Source: Eledone cirrhosa (lineage: Eukaryota). Taken from it: DNA of 64,000 bases. The stretch is taken from positions 12,276,001 through 12,340,000 of the forward strand of contig OZ024744.1 in NCBI GenBank assembly GCA_964016885.1, in the 5' to 3' direction. Made by a program: the position numbers and the translations under genes. Positions 42,701-57,700 of this stretch are shown here, in pieces. The notes beneath the pieces are model-generated. The model searched no databases, was not told the origin of the DNA, and saw only the letters and a program-made list of their open reading frames with translations. How positions within the stretch are numbered: position 1 is the first letter of the stretch; the number at the start of each line of letters is the position of its first letter.

Positions 42701-45700
42701 GTCGACCTCTGGCGTCCTTGGTCTCCACATTACCACAGAGGAGAGGAAGACCTCTCTTGTCCTTGCTCCCCACATTACCACAGAGAAGAGGAAGACCTCT
42801 GGTGTCCTTGCTCCCCACATTACCACAGACGAGAGGAAGACCACTAGTCTCCTTGGTCTCCAAATTACCACAGATTAGTGGAGGACCTCTAGTGTCCTTG
42901 GTCCCCACATTACCACAGAGGAGAGGAAGACTCCAAGTGTGCTTGGTCTCCATATTACCACAGAGGAGAAGAAGACCTCTAGTGTCCTTGGTCCCAACAT
43001 TACCACAGAGGAGAGGAACTCTGATGTCCTTGGTCTCCATATTACCACAGAGGAGAGGAACTCTGATGTCCTTTGTCTCCATATTACCACACAGGAGAGG
43101 ACCTCTGGTGTCCTTGGTCTCCATATTCCCACAGAGGAGGGGAAGACCTCTGATGTCCTTGGTCTCCATATTATAACAGAGAAAAGAACCTCTGGTGTGC
43201 TTGGTCTCCATATTAAAAACAGAGAAGAGGACCTCTGGTGTCCTTCGTCTCCATATTACCACAGAGGAGAGAAAGATCTCTGGTGTCCTTGGTCTCCATA
43301 TTGCCACAGAGGAGAGGAAGACCTCTGCGACCTTGGTCTCCATATTACCACAGAGTAGAGTAAGACCTATGGTGTCCTTGGTCTCCATATTACCACAGAG
43401 TAGAGGACGACCTCTGCTGTACTTGATCCACATATTGCCACAGAGGAGAGGACGACCTCTGGCGACTTTGGTCCACATGTTACAACAGAGGAGAGGACGA
43501 CCCCTGGTGTCCTAGGTCCCCACATTACCACAGAGGAAAGGTCGACCTCTGGTGTCCTTGGTCTCCACATTACCACAGAGGAGAGGAAGACCTCTCGTGT
43601 CCTTGCTCCCCACATTACCACAGAGAAGAGAAAGACCTCTGGTGTCCTTGCTCCCCACATTACCACAGACGAGAGGAAGACCACTAGTCTCCTTGGTCTC
43701 CACATTACCACAGTTTAGTGGAGGACCTCTAGTGTCCTTGGTCCCCATATTACCACAGAGGCGAGAACCTCTGATGGCCTTGGTCTCCACATTACCACAG
43801 AGGAGAGAAAGACCCCTGGTGTCCTTGGTCTCCATATTACCACAGAGGAGAGGAATACCTCTAGTGTCCTTGGTCTCAACATTAACACAGAGGAGAGGAG
43901 CTCTGGTGTCCTTGGTCTCCACATTACGACAGAGGAGACGAAGCTCTCTGGTGTCCTTGGTCTCCATATTGCCACCGAGGAGAGGACTTCTGCTGTCCTT
44001 GGTTTCCACATTACCACAGGAGAGAGGAAGACATCTAGTGTCCTTGCTCCCCAAATTACCACAGACAAGAGGACCTCTGGTGTCCTTGGTCTCCATATTA
44101 CCACAGAGGAGAGGAAGACCTCTTATGTCCTTGGTCTCCACATTACCACAGAGGAGAGGAACTCTGATGTCCTTTGTCTCCATATTACCACACAGGAGAG
44201 GACTTCTGGTGTCCTTGGTCTCCATATTCCCACAGAGGAGAGGAAGACCTCTGATGTCCTTCGTCTTCATATTATAACAGAGAAAAGAACCTCTGGTGTG
44301 CTTGGTCTCCATATTAAAAACAGAGAAGAGGACCTCTGGTGTCCTTCGTCTCCATATTACCACAGAGGAGAGAAAGATCTCTGGTGTCCTTGGTCTCCTT
44401 ATTGCCACAGAGGAGATGAAGAACTCTGTTGTCCTTGGTCCCCATATTACCACAGAGTAGAGGAAGGCCTCTGCGACCTTGGTCTCCATATTACCACAGA
44501 GTAGAGTAAGACCTATGGTGTCCTTGGTCTCCATATTACCACAGAGTAGAGGACGAGATCTGGTGTCCTTGGTCCACATATTGCCACAGAGGAGAGGAAG
44601 ACCTCTTATGTCCTTGGTCTCCACATTACCACAGGGGAGAGGAGCTCTGGTGTCCTTAGTATCCATATTACCACAGAGGAGAGGACCTCTGATGTCCTTG
44701 GTCTCCACATTATCACAGACGAGTAGAAGACTTCTAGTGTTCTTGGTCTCCATATTACCACAGAGGAGTAGAAGACTTCTAGTGTCCTTGGTCCCCACAT
44801 TACAACAGATTAGAGTGACCTCTGGTGTCCTTGGTCTCCACATTACCACAGAGGAGAGGAAGACCTCTGGTGTCCTTGGTCTCCATATTACCACAGAAAA
44901 GAGGAAGACCTCTAGTGTCCTTGGTCTCTACATTACCACAGAGGAGAGGAACACCTCTACTGTCCTTGGTCTCCACATTACCACAGAGGAGAGGAACACC
45001 TCTGGTGTCCTTTGTCTCCATATTACCACAGAGGAGAGGACCTCTGATGTCCTTGGTCCCCGTATTACCACAGAGGAGAGGAAGACCTCTGGTGACTTTG
45101 GTCTCCATATAACCACAGAGGAGAGGAAGAGCTCTAGTGTCCATGGTCTCCACATTACCACAGAGGAGGGGAGGACCTCTGGTGTCCTCTGTCTCCATAT
45201 TACCACAGAGGAGAGGAAGACCTCTGGTTTCCTTGGTCCCCATATTACCACACAGGAGAGGAAGACCTCTGGTATCCTTGGTGCTCATATTACCACAGAG
45301 GATAGGAAGAACCCTAGTGTCCTTGGTCTCCATATTACCACAGAGGAGACGAAGACCCCTTGTGTCCTTGGTCCTCACATTACCACAGAGGAGAGAACCT
45401 CTGATGGCCTTGGTCTCCACATCACCACAGAGGAGAGGAAGACCCCTGGTGTCCTTGGTCTCCATATTACCACAGAGGAGAGGAATACCTCTAGTGTCCT
45501 TGGTCCCGATATTACCACAGAGGAGAGGAAAACCTCTCGTGTCCTTGGTCTCCACATTACCACAGAGGAGAAGAAGACCCCTAGTGTCCTTGGTCCCCAC
45601 ATTACCACAGAGGAGAGGAAGACCTCTTATGTCCTTGGTCTCCACATTACCACAGGGGAGAGGAGCTCTGTTGTCCTTAGTCTCCATATTACCACAAGGA

Positions 45701-48700
45701 GAGGACCTCTGATGTCCTTGGTCCCCATATTACCACAGAGGAGAGAACCTCTGATGGCCTTGGTCTCCACATCACCACAGAGGAGAGGAAGACCCCTGGT
45801 GTCCTTGGTCTCCATATTACCACAGAGGAGAGGAATACCTCTAGTGTCCTTGGTCTCAACATTACCACAGAGGAGAGGAGCTCTGGTGTCCTTGGTCTCC
45901 ACATTACGACAGAGGAGACGAAGCCCTCTGGTGTCCTTGGTCTCCATATTGCCTCCGAGGAGAGGACTTCTGCTGTCCTTGGTTTCCACATTACTACAGA
46001 GGAGAGGAAGACCGCTGGTGTCTTTGCTCTCTAAATTATAACAGAGGAGAAGACCTCTGGTGTCCTTGGTCTCCACATTACCACAGAGTAGAGGACGACC
46101 TGTGGTGTCCTTGGTCCACATATTGCCACAGAGGAGAGGAAGACCTCTGGCGTCTTTGGTCCCCATATTACAACAGAGGAGAGGACAACCCCTGGTGTCC
46201 TAGGTCCCCACATTACCACAGAGGAGAGGTCGACCTCTGGTGTCCTTGGTCTCCACATTACCACAGAGGAGAGGAAGACCTCTCGTGTCCTTGCTCCCCA
46301 CATTACCACAGACGAGAGGAAGAAAACTAGTCTCCTTGGTCTCCACATTACCACAGATTAGTGGAGGACCTCTAGTGTCCTTCGTCCCCACATTACCACA
46401 GAGGAGAGGAAGACCCCTAGTGTGCTTGGTCTCCATATTACCACAGAGGAGAGGAAAACCCCCTAGTGTGCTTGGTCTCCATATTACCACAGAGGAGAGG
46501 AAGACCCCTAGTGTCCTTGGTCTCCATATTACGACAGAGGAGAGGAAGACCTCTAGTGTCCTTGGTCCCAACATTACCACAGAGGAGAGGAACTCTGATG
46601 GCCTTGTTCTCCATATTACCACAGAGGAGAGGAACTCTGATGTCCTTGGTCTCCATATTACCACACAGGAGAGGACCTCTGGTGTCCTTGGTCTCCATAT
46701 TCCCACAGAGGAGGGGAAGACCTCTGATGTCCTTGGTCTCCACATTACCACAGGAGAGAGGAAGAGCTCTAGTGTCCTTGCTCCCCAAATTACCACAGAG
46801 AAGAGGACCTCTGGTGTCCTTGGTCTCCATATTACCACAGAGGAGAGGAAGACCTCTTATGTCCTTGGTCTCCACATTACCACAGGGGAGAGGAGCTCTG
46901 GTGTCCTTAGTCTCCATATTACCACAAGGAGAGGACCTCTGATGTCATTGGTCTCCACATAACCACAGGGGCGAGGAGCTCTGGTATCCTTAGTCTCCAT
47001 ATTACCACAAGGAGAGGACCTCTGATGTCCTTGGTCTCCACATTACCACAGAGGAGTAGAAGACTTATAGTGTTCTTGGTCTCCATATTACCACAGAGGA
47101 GTAGAAGACTTCTAGTGTCCTTGGTCCCCACATTACCACAGATTAGAGTGACCTCTGGTGTCCTTGGTCTCCACATTACCACAGAGGAGATGAAGACCTC
47201 TGGTGTCCTTGGTCTCCAAATTACCTACAGAGGAGAGCTCCTCCGATGTCCTTGGTCTCCATATTACCACAGAGGAGAGATCCTATGATGACCTTGGTCT
47301 CCATATTACCACAGAAAAGAGGAAGACCTCTAGTGTCCTTGGTCTCTACATTACCACGGAGGAGGGGAACACCTCTGCTGTCCTTGGTCTCCACATTACC
47401 ACAGAGGAGAGGAAGACCTCTGGTGTCCTTTGTCTCCATATTACCACAGAGGAGAGGAAGACCTCTGGTGAACTTGGTCTCCATATAACCACAGAGGAGA
47501 GGAAGAGCTCTAGTGTCCATGGTCTCCACATTACCACAGAGGAGGGGAGGACCTCTGGTGTCCTCTGTCTCCATATTACCACAGACGAGAGTAAGACCTC
47601 TAGTGTCCTTGGTCGCCACATTACCAGAGAGGAGAGGACCTCTGGTGTCGTTGGTCCACATATTACCACAGAGGAGAAGACCTCTGGTGTCCTTGATCTC
47701 AACATTACCACAGAGGAGCGAACCTCTGGTGACCTTGGTCAACACATTACCACAGATGAGAGGATTTCTGGTGTCCTTGGTCTCCATATTAAAAACAGAG
47801 AAGAGGAGCTCTGGTGTCCTTGGTCTCCACATTATCACAGAGGAGAGGAAGACCTCTGGTGTCCTAGGTGTCCATATTACCACGGAGGAGAGGAAGACCT
47901 CTGGTGTCCTAGGTGTCCATATTACCACAGAGGAGAGGAAGACCTATGGTGTCCTTGGTCTCCATATTACCACAGAGGAGAGAAAGACCTCTGGTGTCCT
48001 TGGTCTACATATTACCACAGAGTTGAGGACCTCTGATGTCCTTGATTTCCATATTACCACAGAGGAGAGGAAGACCTCTGGTGTCCTAGGTGTCCATATT
48101 ACCACAGTGGAGAGGAAGACCTGTGGTGTCCTTGGTCTCCACATTACCACAGAGTAGAGGAAGACCCCGAGTGTCTGTCGTCTCCATATAACCACAGTGG
48201 AGAGGACCTCTAGTGTTCTTGGTCATCACATTACCACAGAGGAGAGAACCTCTGATGTCCTTGGTCTCCACATTACCACAGAGGAGAGGAAGACCTCTGG
48301 TGTCCTTGGTCTCCACATTACCACAGACGAGAGGACCTCTGCTGTCCTTGGTCTCCATATTACCACAGAGGAGAGGAAGAGCTCTGATATCCTTGGTCTC
48401 CATATTACCACAGAGGTTAAGACCTCTGGTGTCCTTGGTCTCCACATTACCACAGAGGAGAGGAAGACCCCTAGTGTCCTTGGTATCCATATTACCACAG
48501 AGGAGAGGAAGACCTCTGGTGTCCTTGGTCCCCATATTACCACAGAGTTGAGGACCTCTGGTTTCCTTGGTCTCCATATTACCACAGATAGAGGAAGTCC
48601 TCTGGTGTCCTTGGTGCCAATATTACCACAGAGGAGAGGACCTCTAGTAACTTGGTCTCCATATTACCACAGAGGAGAGGAAGTCCTCTGGTGTCCTTGG

Positions 48701-51700
48701 TCTCCATATTACCACAGAGGAGAGGAAGACCTCTGGTGTCCTGGTCTCCACATTACCACAGAGGAGAGGAAGACCCCTAGTGTCCTTGGTATCCATATTA
48801 CCACAGAGAGAGGAAGTCCTCTGGTGTCCTTGGTGCCAATATTACCACAGAGGAGAGGACCTCTAGTAACTTGGTCTCCACATTACCACAGAGAAGAGGA
48901 AGACCTCTGGTGTCCTTAGTCCCCATATTACCACAGAGGAGAGGAAGTCCTCTGGTGTCCTTGGTCTCCACATTACCACAGAGAAGAGGAAGACCTCTGG
49001 TGTCCTTGGTCTCCATATTACCACAGAGAAGAGGAAAACCTCTGGTGTCCTTGGTCCCCATATTACCACAGAGGAGAGGAAGATTTCTAGTGTCCTTGGT
49101 CTCCACTTTACCACAGAGAAGAGGACCTCTGGTGTCCTTGGTCTCCATATTACCACAGAGGAAAGGAGGACCTCTGGTGTCCTTGGTCTCCACATTACCA
49201 CAGAGGAGAGGAAACCCTCTGGTGTCCTTGGTCTCAGTATTACCACAGCGAAGAGGACCTCTGGTGTCCTTGGTGTCCACATTACCACAGAGGAGAGGAC
49301 ATCTGGTGTCCTTGTTCTCCATATTACCACAGAGGAGAAGACCTCTGGTTTCCTTGGTCCCCATACTACCAGAGGAGAGGACCTCTGGTGTCCTTGGACC
49401 TCACATTACCACAGAGGAGAGGAAGACCTCTGGTGTCCTTGGTCTCCACATTACCACAGAGGAGAGGAAGACCCCTAGTGTCCTTGATCCCCACATTACC
49501 ACAGAGGAGAGGACCTCTGGTGTCCTTGGTCTCCATATTAACACAGAGGAGAGGAAGACCTCTAGTGTACTTGGTCCCCACATTGCCACAGACGAGAGGA
49601 CCTCTGGTGTCCTTGTTCTTCAAATTACCACAGAGGAGAGGAAGACCTCTGGTGTCCTTGGTCTCCACATTACCACAGACGAGAGGACCTCTGGTGTCCT
49701 TGGTCCCCATATTACCACAGAGTTGAGGACCTCTGGTTTCCTTGGTCTCCATATTACCACAGAGAGAGGAAGTCCTCTGGTGTCCTTGGTGCCAATATTA
49801 CCACAGAGGAGAGGACTTCTAGTAACTTGGTCTCCATATTACCACAGAGGAGAGGAAGTCCTCTGGTGTCCTTGGTCTCCATATTACCACAGAGGAGAGG
49901 AAGACCTCTGGTGTCCTAGTCTCCACATTACCACAGAGGAGAGGAATACCCCTAGTGTCCTTGGTATCCATATTACCACAGAGGAGAGGAAGACCTCTGG
50001 TGTCCTTGGTCCCCATATTACCACAGAGGAGAGGAAGTCCTCTGGTGTCCTTGGTCTCCATATTACCACAGAGGAGAGGAAGTCCTCTGGTGTCCTTGGT
50101 CTCCATATTACCACAGAGGAGAGGAAGACCTCTGGTGTCCTGGTCTCCACATTACCACAGAGGAGAGGAAGACCCCTAGTGTCCTTGGTATCCATATTAC
50201 CACAGAGAGAGGAAGTCCTCTGGTGTCCTTGGTGCCAATATTACCACAGAAGAGAGGACCTCTAGTAACTTGGTCTCCACATTACCACAGAGAAGAGGAA
50301 GACCTCTGGTGTCCTTGGTCCCCATATTACCACAGAGGTGAGGAAGTCCTCTGGTGTCCTTGGTCTCCACATTACCACAGAGGAGAGGAAGACCCCTAGT
50401 GCCCTTGGTATCCATATTACCACAGAGGAGAGGAAGACCTCTGGTGTCCTTGGTCCCCATATTACCACAGAGTTGAGGACCTCTGGTTTCCTTGGTCTCC
50501 ATATTACCACAGAGAAAGGAAGTCCTCTGGTGTCCTTGGTGCCAATATTACCACAGAGGAGAGGAGCTCTAGTAACTTGGTCTCCACATTACCACAGAGA
50601 AGAGGAAGACCTCTGGTGTCCTTGGTCTCCATATTACCACAGAGAAGAGGAAGACCTCTGGTGTCCTTGGTCCCCATATTACCACAGAGGAGAGGAAGAT
50701 TTCTAGTGTCCTTGGTCTCCACTTTACCACAGAGAAGAGGACCTCTGGTGTCCTTGGTCTCCATATTACCACAGAGGAGAGGAGGACTTCTGGTGTCCTT
50801 GGTCTCCACATTACCACAGAGGAGAGGAAACCCTCTGGTGTCCTTGGTCTCAGTATTACCACAGCGAAGAGGACCTCTGATGTCCTTGGTGTCCACATTA
50901 CCACAGAGGAGAGGTCATCTGGTGTCCTTGTTCTCCATATTACCACAGAGGAGAAGACCTCTGGTTTCCTTGGTCCCCATACTACCAGAGGAGAGGACCT
51001 CTGGTGTCCTTGGACCTCACATTACCACAGCGGAGAGGAAGACCTCTGGTGTCCTTGGTCTCCACATTACCACAGAGGAGAGGAAGACCTCTCGTGTCCT
51101 TGGTCTCCATATTACCACAGAGGAGAGGAAGACCCCTAGTGTCCTTGATCCCCACATTACCACAGAGGAGAGGACCTCTGGTGTCCTTGGTCTCCATATT
51201 ACCACAGAGGAGAGGAAGACCTCTAGTGTACTTGGTCCCCACATTGCCACAGACGAGAGGACCTCTGGTGTCCTTGTTCTCCACATTACCACAGAGGAGA
51301 GAAAGATCTCTGGTGTCCTTGGTCCCTATATTACCACAGAGAAGAGGACATCTGGTGTCCTTGGTCTCCATATTACTACAGAGAGGAAGACCTCTGGTGT
51401 CCTTGGCCCCATATTAGCACAGAGGAGAGGAAGATGTCTAGTGTCCTTGGTCTCCATATTACCACAGAGGAGAGGACCTCTGATACCTTGGTCCCCACAT
51501 TACCACAGAGGAGGGGACCTCTGGTGTCCTTAGTCTCCATATTACCACAGAGGAGAGGACGACCTCTTGTGTCCTTGGTCCCCATATTGACACAGAGGAG
51601 AGGAAGACCTCTGGTATCCTTGGTCCCCACATTACCACAGAGGAGAGGAAGACCTCTGGTGTACTTGGTCTCCATATTACTACAGAGTAGAGGACCTCTG

Positions 51701-54700
51701 GTGTCCTTGGTTCCCATATTACCACAGAGAAGAGGACCTCTGGTGTCCTTGGTCCACATATTACCGCAGATAAGAGAACCTCTGATGTCCTTGGTCTCCA
51801 TATTACCACAGTGTAGAGGAAGATCTCTAGTGTCCTTGGTCTCCATATTAGCACAGAGGAGAGGAAGACTCTAGTGTACTTTGTCCCCACATTACCACAG
51901 AGGAGAGGACCTCTGGTGTCCTTGATCTCCACATTACCACAGAGGAGATGAAGACCTATGGTGTCCTTGGTCCTCACATTACCACAGAGGAGCAGACCTC
52001 TGATGTCCTTGGTCTCCATATTACCACAGAGGATAGGAAGATCTCTGGTGTCCTTGGTCCACATATTACAACAGAGAAGAGGACCCCTGGAGTCCTTGGT
52101 CTCCATATTACCACAGAGGAGAGGAAGACCTCTGGTGTCCTTGGCCCCATATTACCACAGAGGAGAGAACGACCTCTGGTGTCCCTGGTCCCCACATTAC
52201 CACAGAGGAGAGGACGACCTCTGGTGTCCTTTGTCCCCACATTATCACAGAGGAGAGGACCTCTGGTGTCCTTGGTCTCCACATTACCACAGAGGAGAGG
52301 AAGACCTCTGGTGTCCTTGGTCCTCACATTACCACAGAGGAGCAGACCTCTGGTGTCCTTGGTCTCCATATTTCCACAGAGAAGAGGAACTCTGATGTCC
52401 TTGGTCTCCATATTACGACAGAGGAGAGGACCTCTGGAGTCCCTGGTCCCCATATTTACACAGAGTAGAGGACCTCTGGTGTCCTTGGTCCCCATATTAC
52501 CACAGAGGAGAGGACGACCTCTGGTGTCCTTGGTCCCCACATTACCACAGAGGAGACGAAGACCTCTGGTGGCCTTGGTCCTCATATACCACAGAGGAGA
52601 GTACGTCTGGTGTCCTTGGTCTCCATATTACTACAGAAAGGAAGACCTCTGGTGTCCTTGGCCCCATATTAGCACAGAGGAGAGGAAGATTTCTAGTGTC
52701 CTTGGTCTCCATATTACCACAGAGGAGAGGACCTCTGATACCTTGGTCCCCACATTACCACAGAGGAGAGGACCTCTGGTGTCCTTGGTCTCCATATTAC
52801 CACAGAGGAGAGAACGACCTCTGGTGTCCTTGGTCCCCATATTGCCACAGAGGATAGGAAGACCTCTGGTGTCCTTGGTCTCCACATTACCACAGAGGAG
52901 TGGAAGACCTCTGGTGTCCTTGGTCCACATATTACAACAGAGAAGAGGACCCCTGGTGTCCTTGGTCTCCATATTACCACAGAGGAGAAGAAGACCTCTG
53001 GTGTCCTTGGCCCCATATTACCACAGAGGAGAGAACGACCTCTGGTGTCCCTGGTCCCCACATTACCACAGAGGAGAGGATGATCTCTGGTGTCCTTGGT
53101 CCCCACATTACCACAGAGGAGAGGAAGACCTCTGGTGTCCTTGGTCTCCACATTACCACAGAGAAGAGGAAGACCTCTGGTGTCCTTGGTCCTCATATAC
53201 CACAGAGGAGAGGACCTCTGGTGTCCTTGGTCTCCACATTACCACAGAGAAGAGGACGACCTCTGGTTTTCCTTGGCCCCCACATTACCACAGAGGAGAG
53301 GAAGACCTCTGGTCTCCTTCATCTCCACATTACCACAGAGGAGAGGACCTCTGGTGTCCTTGGTCTCCACATTACCACAGAGGAGAGGAAGACCTCTGGT
53401 GTCCTTGGTCTCCATATTACCACAGAGGAGAGGAAGACCTCTGGTGTCCTTGGTCTCCATATTGCAACAGGGGAGAGGAAGACCTCTTGTGTCCTTGGTG
53501 TCCATATTACCACAGAGGAGAGGAAGACCTCTAGTGTCCTTGGTCTCCATGTTACCACAGAGGAGAGGAAAACCTCTGGTGTCCTTGATACCCACATTAC
53601 CACAGAGGAGAGGAAGACCTCTGGTGTCCTTGGTCTCCATATTACCACAGAGGAAAGGACGACCTCTAGTGTACTTTGTCCCCACATTACCACAGAGGAG
53701 AGGACCTCTGGTGTCCTTGGTCTCCATATTACCACAGAGGAGATGAAGACCTCTTGTGTCCTTGGTCTCCATATTACCACAGAGGAGAGGAATACCCCTA
53801 GTGTCCTTGGTCCCCACATTACCACAGAGGAGAGGACGACCTCTGGTGTCCTTGGTCCCCACATTACCACAGAGGAGAGGAAGACCTCTTGTGTCCTTGG
53901 TCCCCACATTACCACAGAGGAGAGGACGACCTCTGGTGTCCTTGGTCCCCACATTACTACAGAGGAGAGGAAGACCTCTTGTGTCCTTGGTCCCCACATT
54001 ACCACAGAGGAGAGGACCTCTGGTGTCCTTGGTCTCCATATTACCACAGAGGAGATGAAGACCTCTTGTGTCCTTGGTCTCCATATTACCACAGAGGAGA
54101 GGAATACCCCTAGTGTCCTTGGTCCCCACATTACCACAGAGGAGAGGACGACCTCTGGTGTCCTTGGTCCCCACATTACCACAGAGGAGAGGAAGACCTC
54201 TTGTGTCCTTGGTTCCCACATTACCACAGAGGAGAGGACGACCTCTGGTGTCCTTGGTCCCCACATTACCACAGAGGAGAGGAAGACCTCTTGTGTCCTT
54301 GGTCCCCACATTACCACAGATGAGAGGACGACCTCTGGTCTCCTTGATCTCAACATTACCACAGAGGAGTGGACCTCTGGTGTCCTTGGTCTCCATATTA
54401 CCACAGAGGAGAGGAAGACCTCTGGTGTCCTTGGTCTCCATATTACCACAGAGGAGAGGAAGACCTCTTGTGTCCTTGGTCTCGATATTACCACAGAGGA
54501 GAGGAAGGCACCTAGTGTCCTTGGTCCCGACATTACCACAGAGGAGAGGACCTCTGGTGTCCTTGATCTCCATATTACCACAAAAGAGAGGAAGACCTCT
54601 AGTGTACTTGGTCCCCACATTACCACAGAGGAGAGGACCTCTGGTGTCCTTGGTCTTCACATTACCACAGAGGAGAGGAAGACCTCTGGTGTCCTTGGTC

Positions 54701-57700
54701 CCCACATTACCACAGAGGAGCAGACCTCTGGTGTCCTTGGTCTCCATATTTCCACAGAGAAGAGGAACTCTGATGTCCTTGGTCTCCATATTACGACAGA
54801 GGAGAGGACCTCTGGTGTCCTTGGTCCCCACATTATGACAGAGGAGAGGCCCTCTGGTGTCCTTGGTCCCCAAATTACGACAGAGGAGAGGAAGACCTCT
54901 GGTATCCTTAGTCTCAATATTACCACAGAGGAGAGGACCTCTGGCGTCCTTGGTCCCCATATTACCACAGAGGAGAGGACCTCTGGCGTCCTTGGTCTCC
55001 ATGTTACCACAGAGGAGAGGAAGACCTCTGGTCTCCTTGGTCCCCATATTACCACAGAGGAGAGGACCTCTGGTGTCCTTGGTCTTCACATTACCACAGA
55101 GGAGAGGAAGACCTCTGGTGTCCTTGGTCTCCACATTACCACAGAGGAGCAGACCTCTGGTGTCCTTGGTCTCCATATTTCCACTGAGAAGAGGAACTCT
55201 GATGTCCTTGGTCTCCATATTACGACAGAGGAGAGGACCTCTGGTGTCCTTGGTCCCCACATTATGACAGAGGAGAGGCCCTCTGGTGTCCTTGGTCCCC
55301 AAATTACGACAGAGGAGAGGAAGACCTCTGGTATCCTTAGTCTCAATATTACCACAGAGGAGAGGACCTCTGGCGTCCTTGGTCCCCATATTACCACAGA
55401 GGAGAGGACCTCTGGCGTCCTTGGTCTCCATGTTACCACAGAGGAGAGGAAGACCTCTGGTCTCCTTGGTCCCCATATTACCACAGAGGAGAGGACCTCT
55501 GGCGTCCTTGGTCTCCATGTTACCACAGAGGAGAGGAAGACCTCTGGTGTCCTTGGTCTCCATATTGCAACAGGGGAGAGGAAGACCTCTTGTGTCCTTG
55601 GTGTCCATATTACCACAGAGGAGAGGAAGACCTCTAGTGTCCTTGGTCTCCATATTACCACAGAGGAGAGGAAAACCTCTGGTGTCCTTGATACCCACAT
55701 TACCACAGAGGTGAGGAAGACCTCTGGTGTCCTTGGTCTCCATATTACCACAGAGGAAAGGAAGACCTCTAGTGTACTTTGTCCCCACATTACCACAGAG
55801 GAGAGGACCTCTGGTGTCCTTGGTCTCCATATTACCACAGAGGAGATGAAGACCTCTTGTGTCCTTGGTCTCCATATTACCACAGAGGAGAGGAATACCC
55901 CTAGTGTCCTTGGTCCCCACATTACCACAGAGGAGAGGACGACCTCTGGTGTCCTTGGTCCCCACATTACCACAGAGGAGAGGAAGACATCTTGTGTCCT
56001 TGGTCTCCATATTACCACAGAGGAGAGGAAGACACCTAGTGTCCTTGGTCCCAACATTACCACAGAGGAGAGGACCTCTGGTGTCCTTGATCTCCATATT
56101 ACCACAAAAGAGAGGAAGACCTCTAGTGTACTTGGTCCCCACATTACCACAGAGGAGAGGACCTCTGGTGTCCTTGGTCTCCACATTACCACAGAGGAGA
56201 GGAAGACCTCTGGTGTCCTTGGTCCCCACATTACCACAGAGGAGCAGACCTCTGGTGTCCTTGGTCTCCATATTTCCACAGAGGAGAGGACCTCTGGCGT
56301 CCTTGGTCTCCATGTTACCACAGAGGAGAGGAAGACCTCTGGTCTCCTTGGTCCCCATATTACCACAGAGGAGAGGACCTCTGGCGTCCTTGGTCTCCAT
56401 GTTACCACAGAGGAGAGGAAGACCTCTGGTGACTTGGTCCCCACATTACCACAGAGGAGAGGAAGACCTCTGGTCTCCTTGGTCTCCATATTACCACAGA
56501 AGAGAGGGCCTCTGGTGTCCTAGGTCTCCATATTACCACAGAGGAGAGGAAGACCTCTGGTGTCCTTGGTCCCCACATTACCACAGAGGAGAGGAAGACC
56601 TCTGGTGTCCTTGGTCTCCACATTACCACAGAGGAGAGGACCTCTGGTGTCCTTGGTATCCATATTACCACAGAGGAGAGGAAGACCTCTGGTGTCCTTG
56701 GTCTCTATATTACCACAGAGGAGAAGAAGACCTCTGGTGTCCTTGGCCCCCACACTACCACAGAGGAGAGGACGACCTCTGGTTTTCCTTGGTCCCCACA
56801 TTACCACAGAGGAGAGGAAGACCTCTGGTCTCCTTGATCTCCACATTACCACAGAGAAGAGGACGTTTGAGTTCCTTGGTCTCCATACTACCACAGAGGA
56901 GAGGAACTCTAGTGTCCTTGGTCTCCATATTACCACAGAGGTGTGGACCTCTGATGTCCTTGGTCTCCATATTACCACAGAGGAGAGGAAGACCTCTAGT
57001 GTCCTTGGTCTCCATATTACCACAGAGGAGAGGAAGACCTCTGGTGTCCTTGGTCCCCACATTACCACAGAGGAGAGGAAGACCTCTGGTGTCCTTGGTC
57101 TCCACATTACCACAGAGGAGAGGACCTCTGGTGTCCTTGGTCTCCATATTACCACAGAGGAGAGGAAGACCTCTGGTGTCCTTGGTCTCTATATTACCAC
57201 AGAGGAGAAGAAGACCTCTGGTGTCCTTGGCCCCCACACTACCACAGAGGAGAGGACGACCTCTGGTTTTCCTTGGTCCCCACATTACCACAGAGGAGAG
57301 GAAGACCTCTGGTCTCCTTGATCTCCACATTACCACAGAGAAGAGGACGTTTGAGTTCCTTGGTCTCCATACTACCACAGAGGAGAGGAACTCTAGTGTC
57401 CTTGGTCTCCATATTACCACAGAGGTGTGGACCTCTGATGTCCTTGGTCTCCATATTACCACAGAGGAGAGGAAGACCTCTAGTGTCCTTGGTCTCCATA
57501 TTACCACAGAGGAGAGGAAGACCTCTGGTGTCTTTGGTCCCCACATTACCACAGAAGAGAGGAAGATCTCTGGTATCCTTGTTCTCCATATTGCTACAGA
57601 GGAGAGGAAGACCTCTGGTGTCCTTGGTCTCCATATTACCACAGAGGAGAAGAAGACCTCTGGTGTCCTTGGTCCCCATATTACCACAGAGGAGAGGAAG

